64,000 nucleotides of DNA from a bacterium (GCA_037127815.1 JBAXXP010000003.1:24096-88095); one strand, 5' to 3'; positions 39,877 through 50,799 are shown, counted from the stretch's first letter. A program made the numbers and translations. Notes: generated by a model not told the origin, from the letters alone.

Positions 39877-40452
39877 ATGAGAAAACTTTTTTTTGACATT
39901 GAAACTAGAAATACATTTCAGGAGGTAGGTAAGGCAGACCCTGCAGCACTAGATATCTCTGTATTATGTGCCTACGACTCTGAAACTGCTGAATATACAA
40001 GTTATACTCAGGAAGATTTACATAAATTTTGGCCTTTAATTGAGCAAGCTGACGTTCTTGTGACTTTCAATGGCGATCATTTTGATATTCCCCTACTTAA
40101 CAAATACTATCCAGGAAACCTACTACAAAAGAAAAGTCTAGACCTTCTTAAGGAAGTTAAAAAATCCCTTGGCTTTAGAGTGGGGTTGGGTGTTATTGGA
40201 CAAGGAACATTAAACGCTGGAAAAAGTGCTCATGGGTTAGAGGCTGTGGAATGGTGGAAAAAAGGCGAGATTGAGAAAATAATAAAATATTGTCTTGACG
40301 ATGTTAAAATCACTAAAGAGGTTCATGATTACGCAATCGCCAATAAAAAGCTAAAATATAAGGAAGGTGAAGCTATTATTGAATTCTCTGTTGAAACAAA
40401 AGACTGGGAAGATGCTGGAGAAAACAAGATGAACTTTACATTGCCTTTTTAG
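39877..40452 (+). CDS. RNase H-like DEDD exonuclease domain protein (YprB-like)
   Basis: FDIET, FNGDHFDIP and YCLDDV. Confidence 0.8.
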   Translation: MRKLFFDIETRNTFQEVGKADPAALDISVLCAYDSETAEYTSYTQEDLHKFWPLIEQADVLVTFNGDHFDIPLLNKYYPGNLLQKKSLDLLKEVKKSLGFRVGLGVIGQGTLNAGKSAHGLEAVEWWKKGEIEKIIKYCLDDVKITKEVHDYAIANKKLKYKEGEAIIEFSVETKDWEDAGENKMNFTLPF

Positions 40453-40477
40453 CATTTAATTTGATATAATAGACAAC

Positions 40478-41221
40478 ATGGAAAATACACAAAACAAAGT
40501 ATCGATACAAGCACTAATAATACCTTTAGCGATTGTTGTTGCGGGAGCATTAATAGCCGGAGGAATATATATGACTGGAACAAATCCAAGTAAGGCTGTA
40601 GCTAACGCTGCTGTAAAATTACCAAATCCAACAGCAAACATTGTTGTAGAACCAATAACAGCAGTAGACCATGTCCTAGGAGATCCAAAAACAGCAAAGA
40701 TTACAATTATAGAATACTCAGATCTAGAGTGTCCTTTCTGTAAGTCATATCATGCAACAATTGGAAAAATCTTCGATGAAAAGAAAGCTGATGGAACTTT
40801 AGCTTGGGTTTATAGACACTCTCCAATTATTGAACTACACAGCAATTCACCAAAGGAAGCAGAGGCAACAGAGTGTGCAGCAGAACTTGGAGGAAATACA
40901 GTTTTCTGGAAATATCTTTCAGAAATATTTAAAAATACCCCATCAAATAATGGCTTAGAAAAAGCTAAATTGTATGAATTTGCTGACACAGTTGGATTAG
41001 GTGCGAAAGCATTCAAAACATGTTTAGACAGTAATAAATATGCAAGTAAAATATCAGAACAAATTGTAGCAGCAAAGAAGGCTGGTGTTGAAGGTACACC
41101 TTATACAGTTCTTATAATGGACGGAAAGAATGTTCCATTAGTGGATAAAGACGGAAACGGACTAGGAGCTATGCCTTATCCTCAGATGAAGCAAATCATT
41201 GATAGTTTGTTGAAACAATAG
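40478..41221 (+). CDS. Membrane-anchored DsbA/thioredoxin-family protein
   Basis: N-terminal TM, CPFC and GTP. Confidence 0.88.
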   Translation: MENTQNKVSIQALIIPLAIVVAGALIAGGIYMTGTNPSKAVANAAVKLPNPTANIVVEPITAVDHVLGDPKTAKITIIEYSDLECPFCKSYHATIGKIFDEKKADGTLAWVYRHSPIIELHSNSPKEAEATECAAELGGNTVFWKYLSEIFKNTPSNNGLEKAKLYEFADTVGLGAKAFKTCLDSNKYASKISEQIVAAKKAGVEGTPYTVLIMDGKNVPLVDKDGNGLGAMPYPQMKQIIDSLLKQ

Positions 41222-41279
41222 ATCTCTGCTACAGGGTTCATGATTTATTTATATATATAAATAAATCCACCATTGCAAC

Positions 41280-41966
41280 ATGAAAATTTCAATTATTATT
41301 CCTGCACATAATGAAGAGGCTTCTATTGAAGCTGTCGTTAAAGCTGCGTTGAAACAGGACTATCCTGATTTTGAGATAATCGTTGTCGATAATTGCAGTA
41401 CTGACAGAACTGCAGAAATTGTGAAAAATATGGGAGTCAAAGTAGTCTCCGAAACCCGTAAGGGTACACAGTGGGCAAGAGAGAAAGGTCGGACTGAAGC
41501 TAACGGTGACATTATAGCCAATCTTGATGCTGACTGTTTATCTGATTCTAACTGGCTTCAAAAAGGTGTAAAACATTTTTCTTCCAAGAAAGTGGTTGCC
41601 GTTACCGGTCCTTATGATTATTACGATGGTGATAAATTTTTTAGAAAATTCTCCCTTGTATTTCAGAAATGCGCATACACTATATCTAATTATATTCTAC
41701 AAAAAATTCACAAAGGTGCTGTCACAATAGGTGGAAATGTTTTTCTTCGAGCTAATATTTTAGAAAAGATTGGTGGATACAATACAAATATATTGTTCTA
41801 CGGTGATGATACAGATACAGCAAAGCGAATGGCAAAAGAAGGTACGATTATTTTTGATAGAAATCTTATAATGAAGACTTCAGCAAGACGTCTTAAATCA
41901 CAGGGGTCTATAAAAACATCGGTTATTTATATTTATCACTTCTTTAAGGTTATTTTTAGGGCTTAG
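41280..41966 (+). CDS. Family 2 glycosyltransferase
   Basis: IIPAHNEE, VVDNCSTD, LDAD and TSARR. Confidence 0.9.
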   Translation: MKISIIIPAHNEEASIEAVVKAALKQDYPDFEIIVVDNCSTDRTAEIVKNMGVKVVSETRKGTQWAREKGRTEANGDIIANLDADCLSDSNWLQKGVKHFSSKKVVAVTGPYDYYDGDKFFRKFSLVFQKCAYTISNYILQKIHKGAVTIGGNVFLRANILEKIGGYNTNILFYGDDTDTAKRMAKEGTIIFDRNLIMKTSARRLKSQGSIKTSVIYIYHFFKVIFRA

Positions 41967-42122
41967 AGACTTAGTGTTCGAAAGATTATATAAATATTTA
42001 AATTAGGGGTAAAGCTCTAAAACACACGAAATTACCCAGAAGGCGAGCCTGTGGCGATTTTTCTAAATCGTTTGCTGAATTGACTGAGCCCAAATAGACA
42101 TTGATGATATAATAATACTATC

Positions 42123-42974
42123 ATGCAATCAGAGAAAAAAATAAGAAACGATATTCCCTACAAAAAAGAAAGGCTAGTTAGGGTTATTGTGCAATTTAGA
42201 AACGGATCAACATCCGCAGGAACAGGTTTTTTTATAAATAGTAGTGGAGAACTTTTGACATGTTTTCATGTTATTTCTGCAATGGAGTTACGTAATTTTA
42301 GAATACAGAAATCTCAAAACATAAACTCCCCCACGCTTACAAACGTATCGTCCTCTAGCTTATCAGAGCATGATAAAATAAAAAACTCATTAGAAACCTC
42401 CATAATGAGAATAGAGGTTGAACTTCATGATGGTGTTAGAAAAATTGCTACGTTAACAAAATTTAATGAAACTTACGATGTATGTTTGTTAAAAATCGAG
42501 CAAACAGATAGTGGCAATAATTTTCCATTCTTTGAACTTGATACATCTTACATGCCAGAATATGATGAATCTACTTTCTTCTGTGGTTTCCAAATGACAG
42601 GTGGATATAATGATCCCACTATGTATCCATTTTCAACAAACAGAGCTGTAGTATCTGCCTTTCCTAATATTGAGGTGGCCGGTGATAAATATAATCACAT
42701 TCAATTGAATTCTATAAATCTTGGTGGAAATAGTGGGGCCCCTCTATTTACAGAAGGAAGTAATACGGTTATCGGAATAATAAACGGAAACATGAGTTGG
42801 GGTCGAGGAGACCTTGCGGTTGTTAACAATATTAGCGTCATTAATACTGACTCTACACAGAACACAGCGCCTGAGACCGTACAAAGCCTCTCTCAAGGAC
42901 TATTGCGAGTTCCTCTTTCTATTGCGTATTCAACCCCAATAAAGCTGATAAGCGAGCAAACTAATATTTTATAG
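42123..42974 (+). CDS. Trypsin-like serine peptidase
   Basis: GTGFF, TCFHV, YDVCLL and GNSGAP catalytic triad; no signal peptide or PDZ domain. Confidence 0.8.
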   Translation: MQSEKKIRNDIPYKKERLVRVIVQFRNGSTSAGTGFFINSSGELLTCFHVISAMELRNFRIQKSQNINSPTLTNVSSSSLSEHDKIKNSLETSIMRIEVELHDGVRKIATLTKFNETYDVCLLKIEQTDSGNNFPFFELDTSYMPEYDESTFFCGFQMTGGYNDPTMYPFSTNRAVVSAFPNIEVAGDKYNHIQLNSINLGGNSGAPLFTEGSNTVIGIINGNMSWGRGDLAVVNNISVINTDSTQNTAPETVQSLSQGLLRVPLSIAYSTPIKLISEQTNIL

Positions 42975-43067
42975 TTATCCACAAGATTGCTAACATTAGG
43001 TACTTTTTCTTTGGTTTTTGTTTATTTAAAAATGCATTAATATTAGTATTATAATTAAATTTTAAAA

Positions 43068-43736
43068 ATGAAAATACTAATAATAGATGATGATATTTTT
43101 TTGGCTGAAGCAATGAAAAGTTCTCTTGAATCCTTATGTTATGTTGTTGACATGGCACATGATGGAAAGAGCGGTTCTTATATAGCAAGAATAAATAAAT
43201 ATAATATTATATTATTGGATTTAATCCTTCCTGAAAAAGACGGTGTGACAATTTGTAAAGAAATCAGAATGGCGGGAATAACCTGTCCAATTCTTGTTGT
43301 TTCTACCCAATCAGAAATACCAGACAAAGTTACAATGCTAAAAATAGGTGCGGATGATTATATTACTAAGCCATTTAATATTGAGGAGCTTCTTGCAAGA
43401 ATTAATGCTTTAACAAAAAGGCCTTATGAAATCATGGAGGATGTTATGACATTAGATGATTTAACAATTGATACAAATACTCAAATGGTTACAAAACAAG
43501 GCCAAGAAGTTTATTTAACCCGCAAGGAATATATGCTACTTAATTGTTTTGCAAGAAATGAAGGCAAAATAATAACAAGAGGAAGAATCCTAGAGGAGGT
43601 TTGGGAAAGAGATTCAAATCCATTTACCAATACAGTTGAAACACATATTAGAAACTTAAGAAAAAAAATTGAAACTGGAGACAAAAGAATGATACATACA
43701 GTTAGTGGGCGTGGTTATAGAATGCTTAGATCTTAA
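43068..43736 (+). CDS. OmpR/PhoB-family response regulator (no adjacent kinase)
   Basis: IIDDD, LLDLILP, GADDYITKPF and winged-helix HIRNLRKK...GRGY. Confidence 0.92.
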   Translation: MKILIIDDDIFLAEAMKSSLESLCYVVDMAHDGKSGSYIARINKYNIILLDLILPEKDGVTICKEIRMAGITCPILVVSTQSEIPDKVTMLKIGADDYITKPFNIEELLARINALTKRPYEIMEDVMTLDDLTIDTNTQMVTKQGQEVYLTRKEYMLLNCFARNEGKIITRGRILEEVWERDSNPFTNTVETHIRNLRKKIETGDKRMIHTVSGRGYRMLRS

Positions 43737-43822
43737 ATGATTATTGAGTAGTTATATAACAATGAAAAAACATCGCTGGGCAAACCATACGATGTCTTAT
43801 AAGTGGAGTGAACTTTTGATCC

Positions 43823-44146
43823 CTATGATTCTGGGCTATCATATTCACCTGACTTTATTTTTTTCTTAACACCAAGATATTCCATGTATCCAATAAGCAT
43901 TCCAGCAATGGCTGCGCCTTCCATTATAGAGAACATTAATAGTGATGGTAAGTTGAGCCATATCACCAGGACATAGAACAGAACATGAGGCACCAGCACG
44001 AAAACTGATACCAACTTCATTGATCTACGATCCTTGAATCCGTCTCTGAACGCTGCGTAGAATCCGGCAGTGCTGTATATAAAATTGATGAGCACTAAAA
44101 TTCCAAGCCCAATACACATAAGAGTATTACTGCTAATCGATGTCAT
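43823..44146 (-). CDS. Small 3-TM hypothetical protein
   Basis: Three hydrophobic segments. Confidence 0.6.
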   Translation of the reverse strand: MTSISSNTLMCIGLGILVLINFIYSTAGFYAAFRDGFKDRRSMKLVSVFVLVPHVLFYVLVIWLNLPSLLMFSIMEGAAIAGMLIGYMEYLGVKKKIKSGEYDSPES

Positions 44147-44429
44147 TTGTTTACGTGGTTGAATTTAGTTTGATATCAGAATCATATTACCAGCTGCCGC
44201 CAGTAGTGTTATTAGCCCTTACTAATAACTGATTATGATTATCATTTCTAAATTCAATCAAACAAATAAAGAATATCTCAAATCGAATCGAAAGAACTTT
44301 ATTTCATGGCTAACAATAACCTAAATTAAGTGGTATGTCAATCAATTTTAGGGCCGATTTTGTTGGCTCCAGATAGCAATAAATGTTATTATATCTTGTA
44401 CTTATTAATCAATTTATAATTTAAAATAC

Positions 44430-45119
44430 ATGAAAAGTGAATTAAAATTTATTGGAGTTATCGCATTTATAACAGTTCTGGTTGTTGGTGCAGGGCTATA
44501 TATTTCAGCTCAAAACGGCGGGCAAACAGGTATTCCAAAACCAATACTTAAAATGGAGCTTCTTGTAAAAGCTGGAAACCCAGTTACTGAGAATGGTGTA
44601 ACTTCCCTACTAAAAGACTCTGTCGTAAGCACTTCATCTGTGACAATAGTAGAGTTTGCTGACTATGCATGTCCAGCGTGCTCATCACTTGAACCTGAGA
44701 TTGAACAATTGTTAAAAGAAAATCCTACAATAAGGTACGTATACAGAACTATACCAATTCATGCCCAGTCAAAAGATGAAGCTAAGATGGTATACGCCTC
44801 TATTGCACAAGGAAAATTCAAGGAGTTTGCAAGTGTAGTGTTTAAGAATCAGCAGGAGTGGGATAAAGTTGGAACAGACTATAAACCTTTCTTTGAGAAA
44901 TACGCAAAAGATCTTGGTATTGATGTTGCAAAACTAAATGATGATGCAAAAAATCCAGCATATCTAGCAACAATTGAGTCAGATGCAAAAGATGCTAATG
45001 ATTTAAGTATATATGCAACACCAACAGTTATTTTTGTAGGACCAAAGGGTTCAACTTATATTCAAGGAGCTGTTCCAAAGTCAGAGCTTCAGAAAATGGT
45101 TGATACAGTTTCAAAATAG
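44430..45119 (+). CDS. Membrane-anchored DsbA-family protein
   Basis: N-terminal TM, CPAC and ATP(T) cis-Pro motif. Confidence 0.87.
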   Translation: MKSELKFIGVIAFITVLVVGAGLYISAQNGGQTGIPKPILKMELLVKAGNPVTENGVTSLLKDSVVSTSSVTIVEFADYACPACSSLEPEIEQLLKENPTIRYVYRTIPIHAQSKDEAKMVYASIAQGKFKEFASVVFKNQQEWDKVGTDYKPFFEKYAKDLGIDVAKLNDDAKNPAYLATIESDAKDANDLSIYATPTVIFVGPKGSTYIQGAVPKSELQKMVDTVSK

Positions 45120-45141
45120 TCATAGACACAGATTTAAGAAG

Positions 45142-45174
45142 AATAGCCGCAGCACCAAAGGTGCTGCGGCTATT
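45142..45174. terminator. Hairpin terminator between convergent genes
   Basis: AATAGCCGCAGCACC/GGTGCTGCGGCTATT. Confidence 0.75.
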
Positions 45175-45187
45175 GTTTTGTTGGAGG

Positions 45188-45826
45188 TCAACACGGGACC
45201 ATTGAACCCCAAGAGCTGCGTCTGACAAATTTCTCTCTGCAAATCGTCAGTCCAAAGCTATCCACCGGACGAGTATAACCGAGCCACGCTGTAAACCAAA
45301 ACCATGACCCATCATTATTTTTACTCACATTCCGATGAAGATTGAATACACATCTTCGTCCACGAAAACCACGAAGCACGGTACCTAGAAACTCGATATG
45401 TTCAACACCAAACTCATCGTATATAAAGCGAAGTGCCGTCTGTCCTTCTTCCACAAATAAGGCTTGTCCAAATTTGGCATCCGCCTGAACAGACGTCCTA
45501 ACCAATCTTTCTTTTCTCACTTCCCCAGTTATGCGGTTTTCTCCTGGTTTCAAACCATTAAGAAAATTACATTGCTTTGAAAATTTAGAAAAATCAATCT
45601 CCATGATATTAGATGAACGTTTACTCTGCTCCTCTTTGCCCTCCAGACCATTTCCATCCTTTGGACCACGCCAGGTTTCCAATTTGAAACCTTCTTCATT
45701 ACCCCTACTTGCGGTGAGTGTGAATGGTATACTTCTATCAATACGGATAATTACAGGTTTAATCTTTACCTGCATACTCGCAGGATCTTCACGCTCTAAA
45801 CTTAAGTCTGAATTACTTTGTGTCAT
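45188..45826 (-). CDS. Hypothetical protein
   Basis: 212 aa ORF with an upstream TTGACA promoter and a downstream terminator. Confidence 0.6.
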   Translation of the reverse strand: MTQSNSDLSLEREDPASMQVKIKPVIIRIDRSIPFTLTASRGNEEGFKLETWRGPKDGNGLEGKEEQSKRSSNIMEIDFSKFSKQCNFLNGLKPGENRITGEVRKERLVRTSVQADAKFGQALFVEEGQTALRFIYDEFGVEHIEFLGTVLRGFRGRRCVFNLHRNVSKNNDGSWFWFTAWLGYTRPVDSFGLTICREKFVRRSSWGSMVPC

Positions 45827-46082
45827 AAAACATATCTATTGGTTTGAATTTCTTTTGAAAAATCTTCCCTCATTGGTTGATTTGCCCTTATTTAATTTAC
45901 CGTTTTAGATGTTATATGTCAATTTAATATTCTTAAAAAATAAGGTATAACCACAGTATTATATTGCCTACAATTAATTTGACATATCAAGTTTTGTATG
46001 TAATATTAATAATGATTTTACTTAAGGGAGTAGAATTAACGAAGGTTCAACTAGCACAAATATTCACACATAGAAAAATAAC

Positions 46083-46427
46083 ATGTCCCATTTGGATGAG
46101 GAAATTGCCAAGAAAATGGCCCGGCTTCTGGATTTAGATAAGGAGACCGTTGCCAGACTTACGGATATCATCAAAACCAAAACGGCTGTTGAAGCTCGTG
46201 GAGCCTATGATAGAGCAGCACGTGGTAGCACTGAAAAGGCTTTTGCAGAACAACATTGGGATCATATCTCGATGGAAGCAGTCAAAAGCGCAACTACCTG
46301 TAAAGACCTCGGTGCTGCAACCTCGGAAGCGAGAGATGGCAGTAAAGCCCTGTATGTTGGGTTCAAGAGACTTCACGATAGATGTCTTACGTCCAGCGAT
46401 GGACTATTGGGATGCTGCTCCAAATAG
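46083..46427 (+). CDS. Hypothetical helical-repeat protein, possibly frameshifted or truncated
   Basis: Ala-rich ~36-aa repeat-like units; TTGACA promoter at 45979. Confidence 0.45.
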   Translation: MSHLDEEIAKKMARLLDLDKETVARLTDIIKTKTAVEARGAYDRAARGSTEKAFAEQHWDHISMEAVKSATTCKDLGAATSEARDGSKALYVGFKRLHDRCLTSSDGLLGCCSK

Positions 46428-46451
46428 CTACACGACTCAAACAACCAAAAA

Positions 46452-46517
46452 CCGGCGGCCGTTCAATCGGCCGCCGGATTTCTTTTGGGGTCAGGCACCA
46501 TGGTGCCTGACCCCAAA
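46452..46517. repeat. Terminator-like hairpin followed by a 34-bp perfect palindrome (REP-like)
   Basis: CCGGCGGCCG/CGGCCGCCGG, then TTTGGGGTCAGGCACCA|TGGTGCCTGACCCCAAA at 46484-46517. Confidence 0.75.
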
Positions 46518-46525
46518 TACAAATA

Positions 46526-49500
46526 CTAGTTGCCAGCTAATAACCAATCTTCAAATTCTTTTATCCCCTTCAGAGTTGGGTCATACTCAGTTACATCAGG
46601 AAAGTCTAGATTCATTATTTTATCATAAACGATGCAAACCAATCTACTCAATCTATCATAATCATTATCTTCTTCATCCTTAATATGCGCCAAATCCAAA
46701 TCCAGACTCACAATTCTCTCCTTAATACTCCCTTTTTCTGTTTTCTCTTTTACAGGTTCAACGAACTGTAGTATTCCCTTTGAAACTTTACAATTTTTAT
46801 ATCGTACTGAATTTTCCATCAATAATTTATAGAACACCAGCTGGCGCTTATAATTATTTAATTTTATTTTCTTATCTTCTTCACTTGATTGCCAACTAAA
46901 TTCAGCCTTGCCAGTTTTGAAGTCAACAACTTCATATTCCCTATTTTCATTTTTAAATATTTTATCGATTTTACCTGTCAAATGCGCACTTCTATTTTGT
47001 GCATCAGTTATAACTACGCCTTCATTTTTAAAATCAACTTCAGACAAATCGTCTCCGCTAAAGTCCTCTTTTTTCTGATCATAAAATGCAGATAAAGCTT
47101 CCTCTCCTTTAGATATATAATATTCAAAATCCGTTTTAGACATCCTCTCCTTTTTCAAAGCTTCTCCAAACCATTTTAATAGTCTTTGCTTTTCTGTTGT
47201 GTTAATTTCTTCCTCACTGCCATCAATTCCTTCGTCATAATAATCATATTCTGATTGTTCCTTTTTCTTAGATACAATTAACCTCTCAATTGCTTTGTGA
47301 ATTGCCGACCCATATGAACTTACCAAAGTTTTGGCTTGAGGAAATCGCAATAAATTTTGCTCCAAAAATGTTTGTGGACCGCCTCTTTTGACATCTAGGA
47401 AATTATTCAAGTGAGTAACAGAAAGCTTATAGTCCTTCAGTGGTATCTTTAATAGTTCTATTTCTTCACCAAAGAACGGTGGAGTATTATAAAGCATCCA
47501 AGAAGCTGTTAGTAGCTCATGAGTCTCAGGAACACCCTCTAGAGAGGTGTCTGTTGGGTTATACAGCGTTTCAAGTACGGCAGGTGACTTTGTATAATCA
47601 AAATCATTGGGAGGAAGCAGGAACCTAAGTAATGAAGATTCCTTACCAGTCTCTGCAATTCTATATGAAGTCAAATATAAATGTCGCTTTGCACGAGTTA
47701 ATGCAACATAGAACAATCTCAGCTGATCAGTTTCATCATCTCCAGCTGGCTGAATTGGTAGGTTTATAGGGAATGATATTTTATTACTCGATCCCCTTCC
47801 GGCCCAAATACTATCCTGGCAAGACAATACAAAAACTGTATCAAACTCTAAACCTTTTGCCCCATGGGATGATAATAGATTCACAGCATTTTCACCACTC
47901 GCAAAAGGACTTTCATCATTAAGTGGTAAATTATTTTTTTGTCGAAGGTTAACAAAGTTAATCAAATCTTCAATCGTCAAATAGTGATAACTTATATCAT
48001 TTGATGAATCATCGTTTAATGCGCGCTCTCCCACATAATCTCTAAGGGCTCTCACAAAAACTCGAAGACTTGAAAGAAAAGAAAGATATTCTGTTCTTGA
48101 ATGCTCAAATTTTTCTTTGTTAAAATAATAATCTTTGAATGGAGATTTTATTTCTGTTTTTATTGGAGCAGCATTTATACTATTTATTTCATCAATATTA
48201 TCTTCGATATCCTCATTATCCTCTTCACTTTCAGAAACCAAAACAACATGAGCTCCAATTATTATATCTAGCACTTTTTCCAATGGTTCATATAGAGAAA
48301 TGTTGGCGACATCAATTAAAAAGTGTGCTATGTCTACAACTTTTTTATCTTCCCATTCTAGCATTATTTCTAGCCATTTTTTTCGGGTCTCATATGCAAC
48401 CTTAGATATTTCCCAAATAGTTTTTCTACTCAATTGCCAAAATGGAAAACTTAGAATTTGTGGGAGAAAATTATCTGCTTCTATTGAATCTTTTCTAGAT
48501 AGACTTGCGACAAATCTTGAAATAATAATCAATTGCATTATATGCGGCTCAAGAAAAACATTCTGTTCACGTTGATATCTTATTGGAACATTTACCGCCT
48601 TAAGAAATGGAACAATCTCTTCAAGTCGGGAGTGCTTTCTCGCAATCACAGCAATATCTTCTGGATTTGTTCCATTATCAATCAACTCTTTTATTTTCCT
48701 AGAAACGTAATGAGATTCATGTAATGCTGTGTCTAATTTTTTATGAATAATATCTCCCTTTCCTAAATCTTTATTCATCGATGTAAGGCTTTTCTCCAAT
48801 TCCGGCATCTTGTCTTCAAGTCTGCCTGTTCCCTTTCTCATTAAGTGAGTGGCAATATCCAATACGTCTTGTGTTGATCTATAGTTATCTGTCATTGTAA
48901 CAATTTCAACATCGGTAAATCTAATTCTAAAATTCAAGATATTAGAAAGCTCAGCGCCTTGGAATTTATATACAGCCTGATCATCATCGCCAACAACCAT
49001 CACATTAGGTCTCCCTTCATTCACTGGAGCATTGAGGATTAGATTTACAAGCCTCATTTGAGCATTATTTGTGTCTTGGAACTCATCGATTAAAATATAT
49101 TGATACTGCTCTTGTAATTCAAATTTAAGACGTGGATGCTTTTCTATAGCTTCGATTGCATCCAGTATCATATCGTCAAAATCAAAAAAAGCCTTACTTG
49201 TCATTCTCTTTCTATACAAATCATATACGTCAGCCAAAATATCCATCTTTTCTTCATCAAGAGTTTCTTTCAAAGTCTTTGTTTTATCGTCTCTTGTTTT
49301 TATGTTTTTTGTTTTCCAAAGTGAAATTTGAGTATTTTTTCCTTCATCTATTTCCGCATCAATAAGTGCAGCTTGAAGGGAATTTGCATAAGCAGCCAGA
49401 ACAGGCAAGAATATTTCTTCCTTGGATGGAAATGGGTCTTCTTTATTTTCTAACTCTGCTTGCTTTGCTAATTTTAATACGGTTTCTTTAACTATGTTCA

Positions 49501-50152
49501 ATGTATCCTTTCCAAGTCTTTCTTCAAGCGCTGGAACAATGATTATTTCAGCTCTACTTACTGAACGTTTATTATGTGCGATTATCTTCCTAAACTCATC
49601 TGGGGTGATTCCAGACTTTTTAAGTTGTTCAATTCTTTTCTTTGCATCTGCTAGATACGAAAATCCCTTTTCTTCATGGTAACTGTCTCTGAATAAATTA
49701 CCCTGTGGAAGATTTGAGAATATTTCTTCTAGGATTCTAACTTGGGTCAATGAATCTGCGGCGGTGAATTGTGTACCCTTATAAAAATATTCTGGGTATT
49801 TTTGTATAATGTTTATACAAAAACTGTGGAACGTATGAATTGAAACTCTATAAGCTTCATTACCAATTAGTTTTGACAGACGGTCTCTCATGTTAGATGA
49901 GGCGGCATCAGTGAATGTCATACACAATATATTTGAAGGTAGAACCTGAGTTTCCTTTAGAATTTTTGCAACGCGCAAAGACAGAATCTCTGTTTTTCCA
50001 GAACCAGGGCCAGCTACCACAAGTAGAGGTCCTTCAATGGTGTCTACAGCCTTCTTTTGCTGTTTGTTTAACTTGGCGTACCTTGTCTCAAATTGATTCT
50101 GTTTTGGGGTTTGGGACCCCTTACTTCCATGAGTTTGTTTTGCATTTACCAT
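46526..50152 (-). CDS. UvrD/PcrA-family SF1 helicase with C-terminal PD-(D/E)XK nuclease
   Basis: AGPGSGKT, IDEFQD, GDDDQ, KGLEF and YVALTRA; C-terminal GKID...VDFKTG...QLVFY. Confidence 0.9.
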   Translation of the reverse strand: MVNAKQTHGSKGSQTPKQNQFETRYAKLNKQQKKAVDTIEGPLLVVAGPGSGKTEILSLRVAKILKETQVLPSNILCMTFTDAASSNMRDRLSKLIGNEAYRVSIHTFHSFCINIIQKYPEYFYKGTQFTAADSLTQVRILEEIFSNLPQGNLFRDSYHEEKGFSYLADAKKRIEQLKKSGITPDEFRKIIAHNKRSVSRAEIIIVPALEERLGKDTLNIVKETVLKLAKQAELENKEDPFPSKEEIFLPVLAAYANSLQAALIDAEIDEGKNTQISLWKTKNIKTRDDKTKTLKETLDEEKMDILADVYDLYRKRMTSKAFFDFDDMILDAIEAIEKHPRLKFELQEQYQYILIDEFQDTNNAQMRLVNLILNAPVNEGRPNVMVVGDDDQAVYKFQGAELSNILNFRIRFTDVEIVTMTDNYRSTQDVLDIATHLMRKGTGRLEDKMPELEKSLTSMNKDLGKGDIIHKKLDTALHESHYVSRKIKELIDNGTNPEDIAVIARKHSRLEEIVPFLKAVNVPIRYQREQNVFLEPHIMQLIIISRFVASLSRKDSIEADNFLPQILSFPFWQLSRKTIWEISKVAYETRKKWLEIMLEWEDKKVVDIAHFLIDVANISLYEPLEKVLDIIIGAHVVLVSESEEDNEDIEDNIDEINSINAAPIKTEIKSPFKDYYFNKEKFEHSRTEYLSFLSSLRVFVRALRDYVGERALNDDSSNDISYHYLTIEDLINFVNLRQKNNLPLNDESPFASGENAVNLLSSHGAKGLEFDTVFVLSCQDSIWAGRGSSNKISFPINLPIQPAGDDETDQLRLFYVALTRAKRHLYLTSYRIAETGKESSLLRFLLPPNDFDYTKSPAVLETLYNPTDTSLEGVPETHELLTASWMLYNTPPFFGEEIELLKIPLKDYKLSVTHLNNFLDVKRGGPQTFLEQNLLRFPQAKTLVSSYGSAIHKAIERLIVSKKKEQSEYDYYDEGIDGSEEEINTTEKQRLLKWFGEALKKERMSKTDFEYYISKGEEALSAFYDQKKEDFSGDDLSEVDFKNEGVVITDAQNRSAHLTGKIDKIFKNENREYEVVDFKTGKAEFSWQSSEEDKKIKLNNYKRQLVFYKLLMENSVRYKNCKVSKGILQFVEPVKEKTEKGSIKERIVSLDLDLAHIKDEEDNDYDRLSRLVCIVYDKIMNLDFPDVTEYDPTLKGIKEFEDWLLAGN

Positions 50153-50358
50153 GTATAGATTATACCAGTTATGATAAAAATTTTCTAAATTATCCTAAGG
50201 CAATTTACACAAAAATAACCATATTTTACTGCTGGCAAAATTTGACATTGATATTTAGCAGTGTTATGGTTCTATTAGTCGGTTCTTTTCAAAAATAGGT
50301 ATTCAGCTGGTGCTGAGTGCTTAATTGTTAATGCCGAATAATTCTATAGAAAACAACA

Positions 50359-50730
50359 ATGAGAACTCAATTAGCTACCGCACGTGTTTATGAACTACCT
50401 CCCACAATAGATCTTGTAAAAGGAGGTCTTCCTTTCCCTCTATTTGCCGTTTCGGCAAACGAGACTTTTGTGGGAAAGATGAATCATGAGCAGATTACAA
50501 TGTATCAACTTATTGAAGGGTCGGCCTATGATTTGTCAATTACGGATGAAGAACGCGAATCATCATCGCAGAAAATCGACAAAGGACTACATCATGATGA
50601 AATTGTGTCGCTGAGGGAGAAATTCTTGTCAGCTCTTCGCTCTGCTTTTCCAAAGCTTATTGGTAAAAAAACAATAACTGTTCGCTGTGGATATGTTGTC
50701 GTTTATAATAAAAGCGAGGACGATGAATAA
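50359..50730 (+). CDS. Hypothetical protein
   Basis: 123 aa ORF with TTGACA-N17-TATGGT promoter (50242-50270) and terminator. Confidence 0.55.
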   Translation: MRTQLATARVYELPPTIDLVKGGLPFPLFAVSANETFVGKMNHEQITMYQLIEGSAYDLSITDEERESSSQKIDKGLHHDEIVSLREKFLSALRSAFPKLIGKKTITVRCGYVVVYNKSEDDE

Positions 50731-50763
50731 AAAACTTCAACAGATCCTGTGAGATGGATATGC

Positions 50764-50799
50764 AACGCCCCGGATGCTTTCAGCATCCGGGGCGTTTTT
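50764..50799 (+). terminator. Intrinsic terminator
   Basis: AACGCCCCGGATGCT/AGCATCCGGGGCGTT followed by a T-run. Confidence 0.8.

Noticed and set aside
46150-46683. 177-aa alternative-frame ORF
   Set aside because: It runs through the terminator and palindrome into the helicase 3' end; at most a short stretch reflects a frameshifted tail of 46083-46427.
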